From an uncultured delta proteobacterium (GTDB lineage Bacteria; Myxococcota_A; Polyangia; Fen-1088), in contig CAVWUP010000006.1 in assembly GCA_963758155.1 (NCBI GenBank), forward strand, positions 22,399 to 86,398: 64,000 bases of DNA. Direction: 5' to 3'. The notes below the pieces were generated by a model that made no database searches, was not told where the DNA came from, and saw nothing but the letters and a program-made list of their open reading frames with translations. Below, piece by piece: positions 54,661-64,000 of the stretch (positions within the stretch are counted from its first letter, which is position 1; every line of letters starts with the position of its first letter). A program made the translations under genes and the position numbers.

Positions 54661-55833
54661 ATGATGTCCGGGATCTCCGGGCCAGAGGCGGCCCGCGCCA
54701 GGATTACAGTGGAAAGCCACTTGGCGCTTTCGGCCACCATCAATTGGCATCTATCTGCCCGCAAGATCGACCTGGGTGCCTTGCTGCGCGTGATTCTCGG
54801 GCCCGCGCGGGTACCTGACCAAGCCCCGTTGCTCGAAACCTTGAGCTACCTTCGCAGCGCCTACGGCGAGCGCCGCCGCAAGAGCGGCCCCGCGGCGGTC
54901 CTGCACTGCCTGCGCACGGCCGCCATGCTCGCGCGCATCATGCCCGAGCCCGGCATGCTGGACCTGCTGGGGGCGCTGCTGCACGACAAGGAAGAAGACC
55001 TGACCCCCGAGGAATTGGGCGCCGTCGAGTGGAGCCGCGCACAGGCAGAGTTTTCGCGGGTCCTTGCCAACATCGACGCCAACCACCGCTGGTTTCTGGG
55101 TGAGCGCATCGCACTTCTGCGCCGCCGCCATGACCAGACCTACTACCAGTACCTGGGTCATGTGCTGGGCAAGTCGTCCGAGATGCCCGACCTTCTGCAC
55201 TGCAAACTGGCCGACCGTCTGGACAACACCATGGACATCGCCGTGCAGCGGCCGCCCACCGACCAGCACGATTTCTTCGAGACGGCCTTCGGCGTTCTCT
55301 TTCTGCCCGGCTACCGGTTACGGCCTCAAGATGCTGACAGCGCACCTGACAGCGAGGCGTGCGTTCTGCTCATTTCACAGTTGTTCAAGAATGTCGTTCT
55401 CATGAGCATGCTGCGCGAGCAGCACCTGGACCAACTGGACGACGTCACCAACACGCTGTTTGCCGCCCTCGCTGCCGTGGGTCGGGCGCAGGCTGAATGG
55501 GGCGCGGTCGCGTTGCTCGGGTCGGCCATCGACAGCTGCGAGGCCCGTCGCCGGCTGGTCCTGGAAATCATGGAGTATTGCGCGGCGGGCGGCATTGCAG
55601 CGGTGACCCGCAAGGAGAGGGGCGGACTGCTCGATGGCAGCTTGCTCGAGCACTTCGCCGAGCCGGACGACAAGATCCGCAAGCGCCGTCTGGAAAATGT
55701 CTACGGCAATAAACCCCTCTTCATACGCCTCATGGTCATGTTCATCGGCATCTTCACCGTCTTCATGACCGATCCGACCTACTACTTGCGCGGCATCGAT
55801 GCCAGCGGATTGCACCCGGTCGATCCCGGCTAG
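54661..55833 (+). CDS. HD-domain protein resembling the SpoT/RelA (p)ppGpp hydrolase domain, with long C-terminal extension
   Basis: ATG at 54661 after GAGGAGG. H..AAML, LLHDKEED (the HD motif) and CKLADRLDNTMDI (compare KLADRLHN of SpoT). No synthetase domain is present. Confidence 0.65.
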   Translation: MMSGISGPEAARARITVESHLALSATINWHLSARKIDLGALLRVILGPARVPDQAPLLETLSYLRSAYGERRRKSGPAAVLHCLRTAAMLARIMPEPGMLDLLGALLHDKEEDLTPEELGAVEWSRAQAEFSRVLANIDANHRWFLGERIALLRRRHDQTYYQYLGHVLGKSSEMPDLLHCKLADRLDNTMDIAVQRPPTDQHDFFETAFGVLFLPGYRLRPQDADSAPDSEACVLLISQLFKNVVLMSMLREQHLDQLDDVTNTLFAALAAVGRAQAEWGAVALLGSAIDSCEARRRLVLEIMEYCAAGGIAAVTRKERGGLLDGSLLEHFAEPDDKIRKRRLENVYGNKPLFIRLMVMFIGIFTVFMTDPTYYLRGIDASGLHPVDPG

Positions 55834-56423
55834 GTGAGAAACACCAGCATGCCGAGCTGCGCCTCGACGGTCTGGCGCAGGAAGGCCCGCAGTTTGTCCA
55901 GGTTGTCCATCAGGTACCTGAGTGAGTCTTCTTCCAGCACGGACCTGGTCCAGATTTCGGGGTAGATTTCCTTTGCGGTCATGTCCCGGGCGTTGAAGCG
56001 CTTGCGCAACTCATAGGGACTTAGGGCCGAAAGGCTGTCGTAGATGGCCCGGGTTTCGTCCGCGCGGAAGGCGCGCACCGGACCATGGTCGGGGTCGATC
56101 TTGCCGACCTGCCGCCCGCCATTGACGAGGAAATCGAGCGGCGCATCGCCTTCCCAGGCACTGCCGGTCAGGAGGTAGTGGATTCCGTGCCAGGCCTTCT
56201 CGAGATCGCAGCGTGCGCCCTCGTTGGCCTCCAGCTTCAGCATCGGCACGGGCTTCCGTGCGCTGGCGGCTTTCTTGCCCCGTGCCGGGGCCTTTGCCGG
56301 TCGCGTGACCTGGGCCTCCGCCGGAACCTGGGGCACGATGAGACGCCAGGCCAGGGAAGGCGACTTGACAGCGCGGACGATGTTGGCGTCCGCCAGACTA
56401 AGCAGACCGATGCGCATCCCCAT
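55830..56423 (-). CDS. DUF1877 (YfbM-like) protein
   Basis: 197-aa ORF. DLEKAWHGIHYLLTG is the family signature segment. Confidence 0.65.
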   Translation of the reverse strand: MGMRIGLLSLADANIVRAVKSPSLAWRLIVPQVPAEAQVTRPAKAPARGKKAASARKPVPMLKLEANEGARCDLEKAWHGIHYLLTGSAWEGDAPLDFLVNGGRQVGKIDPDHGPVRAFRADETRAIYDSLSALSPYELRKRFNARDMTAKEIYPEIWTRSVLEEDSLRYLMDNLDKLRAFLRQTVEAQLGMLVFLT

Positions 56424-56588
56424 GAATCAGGGCCTCTCCGTCTGCGGGCCAGCCAGAATCATCTTCGGGCAACTCACAAGAAAAGAACCATGCCTGTGCA
56501 GCCACGGTCAGAAGAACTCGAGGCGCGAGCCACGGGACCAGAATGGCACGTCACGCGGCTCTCGGCAACTGGCGCGCTGAGATTCATT

Positions 56589-59186
<2,598 letters not shown>

Positions 59187-59395
59187 GGAACCCTCCTTGG
59201 AAAAACCGGGTGGGCGTGTCGACAGCCGACGCGTAGTATTAATGCAATGCGATGCTACGGGCTCAGTATAGGAGGTCTCAGGCAAGCGTACAACGCGAGT
59301 TCTCTACGCGCTCGGCACTAATTCGAAAAGGCTCAGGCGACGACCGCAACCCGGTCCCTTATTCAGGTTGAAGCGGCTGGCACCTCGGCCCTACA

Positions 59396-60010
59396 ATGGA
59401 CGGCGTGACGAAGCGCGAGCGACGTAGCCGTGTCCGGGGGACCACATTGGTCGAGTTGATGATCGTGGTTGTCATCCTCGGCATCCTGGCCGCCATCGCC
59501 ACGGTCGGGTACAAGCGCTACGTGGCGCGGGCCCGGCTTTCGGAGGCACACGCCATGCTGGCTGAGCTGTCGGCCAAGGAACAGCTCTACTTCATGGATG
59601 CGGGCCAGTACCTGCCAGCGCGAGCAGACGACAACCTCACCCAGCCCAGTCCCGACGAAGGCGCCTCGGCGTTCATCCCCGTCGACCCCACCAACCCGAC
59701 TTTCGAATCGGCGCGCACGGCACAAACCATCCCCACGCCCATGCCAAACGGGTGGAGCCGGATCGGTCTGCGGCCCCGCTGGAAGCAGCTCTACTGCACC
59801 TATCTCGTCAATGCCGGTGGAGCCAGCCAGGCACCACCTTCTGGAATCGGGTCGACCTTGTGGTCCACCACACCGCTCACGCCTTGGTTCTACGCCGTGG
59901 CCGCGTGCAACCTCAACACAGCAGATGGCGGCTCATTCCCTGCCAACGTGACCCTGTTGGTGCTCACCTGCGACTCACCTGGGGTGCTCACCATCAACGA
60001 GGGCCACTAG
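59396..60010 (+). CDS. Prepilin-type N-terminal cleavage/methylation domain protein (pilin or pseudopilin)
   Basis: Long leader, then [21 protein letters not shown], the class III signal with Glu at +5. Confidence 0.7.
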   Translation: MDGVTKRERRSRVRGTTLVELMIVVVILGILAAIATVGYKRYVARARLSEAHAMLAELSAKEQLYFMDAGQYLPARADDNLTQPSPDEGASAFIPVDPTNPTFESARTAQTIPTPMPNGWSRIGLRPRWKQLYCTYLVNAGGASQAPPSGIGSTLWSTTPLTPWFYAVAACNLNTADGGSFPANVTLLVLTCDSPGVLTINEGH

Positions 60011-60199
60011 GAATTCGGCCGTGGGTGGTTGTGGGGAGCCGACGCACAAGCAGATGCGTCCTAAATGACTCTTTTTGTCAGTCGAAGCTGACCATATGCG
60101 ATCTTTGTCACCCCAGCACAATGGGCTTTGGCTTCGACCAAGCCTGTTTTCCATAGGGATCACGGGTTGTTGGGTCGCATGATGCGGATTTTTCCGTGG

Positions 60200-60215
60200 T
60201 GGCACATTGGCTGCA
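60200..60215 (+). promoter_or_regulatory. Sigma-54 promoter TGGCAC-ATTGG-CTGCA upstream of pilA
   Basis: Matches TGGCAC-N5-TTGCA at all but one position. It ends 28 nt before the pilA ATG, and an AGGAGG RBS lies between them. Confidence 0.6.
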
Positions 60216-60243
60216 CAGTCGAAGCAACCAGGAGGCAAGCAAA

Positions 60244-60792
60244 ATGAACATCAAAGCTCGTAAGCGCAGCGGAGGCTTCACCTTGGTGGAGCTCATGATC
60301 GTCGTGGCGATCATCGGAATTCTGGCCGCAGTGGCGATTCCCGCCTTCACCCGTTACGTGAAGAAGTCGCGTACGGCTGAGGCCGTGGGTCACCTCAACA
60401 AGGAATGGGCAGGATCGCTGTCCTACTATGAGACGGACCACATGCAGGCCGGTGGCCTGGCACTGGCCAAGCAATTCCCTGGCAACACGGCTGCTTGGGC
60501 CTACGCCACAGAGTGCGGCTGTCAGACCGGTCAGCGGTGCCCGGGCAATGCCGGGGTTTGGGGCACTGATGCAGTGTGGTTGGCGCTCAACTTCTCACTG
60601 CCTGATGCGCACAACTACATGCCCGGGTACAGCGGCACTGGCACTGGCACTGCCTCACAGTTCACTGCTTTTGCCAAGGGCGACCTGGACTGCGACTCGA
60701 CCCTGTCCCAGTTCATTCGCAGTGGTGGCGTCAACTCTAACGGCGATGTGACCGGCAGCTACCAGCCGCAGATCATCAACGAGCTAGAGTAG
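60244..60792 (+). CDS. pilA: Type IV major pilin
   Basis: ATG at 60244. Leader [11 protein letters not shown], then [25 protein letters not shown]-terminal Cys pairs are present. Confidence 0.85.
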   Translation: MNIKARKRSGGFTLVELMIVVAIIGILAAVAIPAFTRYVKKSRTAEAVGHLNKEWAGSLSYYETDHMQAGGLALAKQFPGNTAAWAYATECGCQTGQRCPGNAGVWGTDAVWLALNFSLPDAHNYMPGYSGTGTGTASQFTAFAKGDLDCDSTLSQFIRSGGVNSNGDVTGSYQPQIINELE

Positions 60793-60822
60793 AAAACGCT
60801 ACGCGACCGACAAGGTCGAGCA

Positions 60823-60857
60823 AGCCCCGGATGGGAGAATCCCGCCGGGGCTTTTTG
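60823..60857 (+). terminator. Rho-independent terminator after pilA
   Basis: Stem AGCCCCGG (60823..60830) pairs with CCGGGGCT (60845..60852) and is followed by TTTTT. Confidence 0.6.
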
Positions 60858-60955
60858 CTGTCTATCCTATATGGGAACCCTGGGAGGGTTCCCAAACCCT
60901 CCCGCGATGGTGCGCCGCCGGCAAAAGCCGGCGGGCTCCCCACGCGACTGCGCTC

Positions 60956-62542
60956 CTACACCGCCGGGCCGTCGCCGCGCGCGAGGACGGTGTCCCTGGC
61001 CAGGCGAGGGTCGTGGTCGGGATGGTCCAGATTGAAGTGCAGACCGCGGCTTTCGGGCCGCCGCCGCGCACTCTGGATGATGAGCTCGGCCAGCAGTGCA
61101 ATGTTGCGCAGCTCGAGCAGATCGCGGTTGACCAGGAAGTTCCAGTAGTACTCGCGGATCTCCTCGCGGATCAGCTGCATCCGCCGCGCCGCACGCTCCA
61201 GCCGCTTGTCCGAGCGGACGATGCCCACGTAGTTCCACATCAGGCGGCGAATTTCGTCCCAGGTGTGACTGACCACGACAGCCTCGTCTGCCGCCGTGGC
61301 ATCGCCGGGATACCAGGTCGCCACCTGTTGCGGTCTATCCACCCTGGCGTCGCGCACGTCATCCGCGGCGCGGGCCGCGTAGACCAACGCTTCTAGGAGT
61401 GAGTTGGAAGCCAGACGGCAGGCGCCGTGCAGACCGGTCATCGATGCCTCGCCGATGGCGTAGAGGTTGCGCACGCTGCTGCGTCCGTTCCCGTCCACCA
61501 GAATGCCCCCACAGCTGTAGTGCGCAGCGGGCACCACCGGGATGGGCATGGTGCGGATGTCGATGCCCAGCTCCAGGCAGCGTCGGTGGATGTTGGGGAA
61601 ACGTTCTTCCAGAAACTGCGCCGGCAGATGGGTCATGTCGAGCACGACGTAGTCGTCGCCGGTTCGCTTCATCTCGGCGTCGATGGCGCGCGACACGACG
61701 TCGCGCGGGGCAAGGTCTTTCATTTCGTGGTAGCGCGGCATGAAGGCCGTGCCATCGATCAGGCGCAGAATGCCGCCCTCGCCGCGCAGGGCTTCGCTGA
61801 TAAGGAAGGACTTGGCCGCCGGGTGGAACAGGCAGGTGGGATGGAACTGGAAGAATTCCATGTTGGCCACGCGAGCGCCCACCCGGTAGGCCATGGCCAC
61901 GCCGTCGCCGGTGGCTACGTCGGGATTGGAGGTGTACAGGTACACCTTGCCGGCGCCCCCGGTGGCCACGATCACGGCGCGCGAGACCACGGTGCGGACT
62001 TCGCCGGTGTTCTGATCGTAGACGTAGGCGCCGAATACGGCGTTGGGCCCGCCGTATTTGGCGGTGGTCAACAGATCCACCGCCATGGTGTCGGGCAGAA
62101 GCGTGATGCGGTCTCCACGCTCTTTCACGCGTTCAAGCAGGGTGTCGTGGATGGCAGCGCCGGTCATGTCACGCGCGTGAACCACGCGGCGGGCGCTGTG
62201 ACCGCCTTCGCGGGCGAGTTGAAACTGACCATCGGGCTCGCGGTCGAAGTTCACACCCAGTTCGTTGGCCAGGTGAAGAATGTGCTGCGGACCCTGACGC
62301 ACGCACATGTCGACCACGTCTGGGTTGCACAGACCGTCGCCCACGCGCAGGGTGTCCCCGATGTGCTTCTCGGGCGTGTCACCCGCGCCCAGCACAGCGG
62401 CCACGCCGCCTTGGGCCTGGTGGGTGTTCGCGTCGGTGAGGCCGCGCTTGGACACCACCACCACACGCCCATGCTCCGAGGCACGCAAGGCGAAGTAGAG
62501 GCCAGCCAGACCAGAACCAAGGACCAGGTAATCTGCTTCCAC
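60956..62542 (-). CDS. nadB: L-aspartate oxidase
   Basis: 528 aa with a GTG start. FAD site VLGSGLAGL, AQGGVAA, and RHSARRV/HPT motifs of the NadB/SdhA flavoprotein family. Confidence 0.95.
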   Translation of the reverse strand: MEADYLVLGSGLAGLYFALRASEHGRVVVVSKRGLTDANTHQAQGGVAAVLGAGDTPEKHIGDTLRVGDGLCNPDVVDMCVRQGPQHILHLANELGVNFDREPDGQFQLAREGGHSARRVVHARDMTGAAIHDTLLERVKERGDRITLLPDTMAVDLLTTAKYGGPNAVFGAYVYDQNTGEVRTVVSRAVIVATGGAGKVYLYTSNPDVATGDGVAMAYRVGARVANMEFFQFHPTCLFHPAAKSFLISEALRGEGGILRLIDGTAFMPRYHEMKDLAPRDVVSRAIDAEMKRTGDDYVVLDMTHLPAQFLEERFPNIHRRCLELGIDIRTMPIPVVPAAHYSCGGILVDGNGRSSVRNLYAIGEASMTGLHGACRLASNSLLEALVYAARAADDVRDARVDRPQQVATWYPGDATAADEAVVVSHTWDEIRRLMWNYVGIVRSDKRLERAARRMQLIREEIREYYWNFLVNRDLLELRNIALLAELIIQSARRRPESRGLHFNLDHPDHDPRLARDTVLARGDGPAV

Positions 62543-62656
62543 GAGGGAGCAATCTAGCAGACCGGCGAGGTCGCGACATGTTCGAACAAAAGTCCGACGG
62601 AGAGACGTCGCTTAGAAGCAGCGAGGATATTCGGCCTGTGTTACGATCATAGGACT

Positions 62657-63523
62657 GTGTCTGGCCGTCTCGCCCTTGCCTTGCTTTTCTTGCCCGCGCT
62701 GTCGGCGCCGGGGCAGGCCACGGTGTGGCAGCGGCAACGGGGAGACGGCACCCTGGAGTTCACCAACGCTCCGGGCGCGACGTCGAACTGGCGGGCGGTT
62801 CCCGAGTCTGAGCCGCGGCACGGCGCCGCCAAAGCGCACGAGCACGCGACTTCAAGAACCGACAGCGTGGTGTGGACCCGCGAGCGCAACGACGGCGTGG
62901 TCGAGTTCACCAATCTGCCCCCGGTGGGCGCGCGTTGGAAGGTTCTGTTTCGTTTTGGGCCAGGCAAGGCTGCGGCCATGCGCGGCGATTCGGACCTGAT
63001 CCCGCCACGCGACAGTTCTCTTGCGCGCTACCAGCGCTTTGACGACCACATCCGCGATCAGCAGGCCTATTTTGCCATTCCCCAGGCCCTTGTCCGGGCA
63101 ATCATCAAGACCGAGTCGGACTACGACCCTCTGGTGGTGTCGAGCGCGGGGGCGCTCGGGCTGATGCAGCTGATGCCAGGCACGGCGCGGGCCATGGGCG
63201 TGACCAACGTGTGGGATCCGCGCCAGAACATCATGGGCGGCGCGCGCTACCTGCAGACCTTGGCCAAGCGTTTCTGCAGGACGCCCACCGGGGGACGCGG
63301 CGACGGTGCTAGCGGCGCTTTCACCTGCTCGTTCGACGAGAAGATCAAAGTGCTCGCCGGGTACCATGCCGGGCCTGGCGCTGTCGAGAAATACGGGGGA
63401 ATGCCCCCCTATGAAACCACGCGGGCTTACGTGACCGCCGTGTTGCAGCGATACGAGGAGTATCGCCGCCGCGAGGCCGCGCTGTCGGCGTGGGTGGGAG
63501 CCGCGCCCGTGGCGCTGCGATGA
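62657..63523 (+). CDS. Lytic transglycosylase (SLT domain) with two N-terminal DUF4124-like repeats
   Basis: GTG start and signal peptide. WQRQRGDGTLEFTNAPG and VWTRERNDGVVEFTNLPP. SLT catalytic segment IIKTESDYDPLVVSSAGALGLMQLMP and YHAGPGAV. Confidence 0.85.
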   Translation: MSGRLALALLFLPALSAPGQATVWQRQRGDGTLEFTNAPGATSNWRAVPESEPRHGAAKAHEHATSRTDSVVWTRERNDGVVEFTNLPPVGARWKVLFRFGPGKAAAMRGDSDLIPPRDSSLARYQRFDDHIRDQQAYFAIPQALVRAIIKTESDYDPLVVSSAGALGLMQLMPGTARAMGVTNVWDPRQNIMGGARYLQTLAKRFCRTPTGGRGDGASGAFTCSFDEKIKVLAGYHAGPGAVEKYGGMPPYETTRAYVTAVLQRYEEYRRREAALSAWVGAAPVALR

Positions 63524-63526
63524 CCT

Positions 63527-64000
63527 GTGCCTGCTAACATCGATCTTCCCGACGAGTCTGTCCCCGCACCGGTCCTTTCCGGACCGGCCGCCGGACGTGA
63601 GGACGAAGCCCTGCGCGAGCAGCTTCATCGCACCAGCGAGCTGGTGATGGCGCAGCGTCTGCCCGAGGCAGAATTGCAGTTGCTGCGCGCACAGGCTGAT
63701 GCGCCCCATGACTTGCGCGTGCTCAAGCTGCTGGCGCTGGTGCGTTTCAAGCTGGGGCGTCTGGCCGAGGCCCGCCAGATCTACCGGGAAGCCGCCCACA
63801 TCGCTCCTGATGATGCTGCCATTCGCCTCAACCTGGGCCTCATCGCGCTCAAGCTGGACTGGTTCGACGAAGCCGTGACCGAACTGGAAACCACGGTGCG
63901 CCTGCATCCCGACGATCGGCGCGCCTGGAGCTATCTGGGCTACGCGTGCGCACGCACGGGCGCGCGGGGGCAAGCGGCGGCTGCCTTCCGGCGTGCCGGC
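63527..64000 (+). CDS. TPR-repeat protein, 5' part (runs off the window)
   Basis: My translation from the GTG at 63527 gives VPANIDLPDESVP...LKLLALVRFKLGRLAEARQIYREAAHIAPDDAAIRLNLGLIALKLDWFDEAVTELETTVRLHPDDRRAWSYLGYA. There is no stop before 64000. Confidence 0.55.
   Translation, partial: MPANIDLPDESVPAPVLSGPAAGREDEALREQLHRTSELVMAQRLPEAELQLLRAQADAPHDLRVLKLLALVRFKLGRLAEARQIYREAAHIAPDDAAIRLNLGLIALKLDWFDEAVTELETTVRLHPDDRRAWSYLGYACARTGARGQAAAAFRRAG

Noticed and set aside
59378-59392. TGGCAC hexamer just upstream of the first pilin-like gene, considered as a second sigma-54 promoter
   Set aside because: No GC dinucleotide occurs at the required GG-N10-GC spacing (the sequence reads TGGCACCTCGGCCCT). 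It also lies only ~13 nt from the ATG, leaving no room for a transcription start and RBS.

Overview
High-GC bacterial chromosome segment with hallmarks of Myxococcota: two MYXO-CTERM-type tails, MopE-like Cys-rich repeats, CdnL and a sigma-54-type pilA promoter. The left ~12 kb is a defence/toxin-antitoxin island. It holds MNT-HepT, DUF433-DUF5615, a PIN module bracketed by a duplicated gene fragment, and a small caspase/CHAT-like gene. It also holds a type I R-M operon with intact hsdM but frameshifted hsdR and hsdS. The centre carries a rex-hydC-hydB-hydA [FeFe]-hydrogenase operon with a Rex box; its HydA has TSCSPAW instead of the canonical TSCCPxW motif. The centre also has a eukaryote-like Sushi+YWTD lipoprotein and the most unusual locus in the window. 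That locus is an operon of an acyl-CoA dehydrogenase, a 2894-aa PfaA-like synthase (KS-AT-KS-4xACP-KR-DH) and a PPTase. All four carrier domains have Thr where the phosphopantetheinyl Ser is expected, and the PPTase reads across three frames. The right part is mostly housekeeping (gdhA, ribF, rsmB, ligA, cdnL, nadB, pilins). It also has a vapBC pair, two palindromic MITE-like repeats and an orphan full-length LanB-type dehydratase beside a DTW tRNA-modification gene. I recognised no rRNA, tRNA, CRISPR array, transposase or integrase. All calls rest on manual motif reading of the ORF track and sequence. No similarity search was run, and start codons are inferred.
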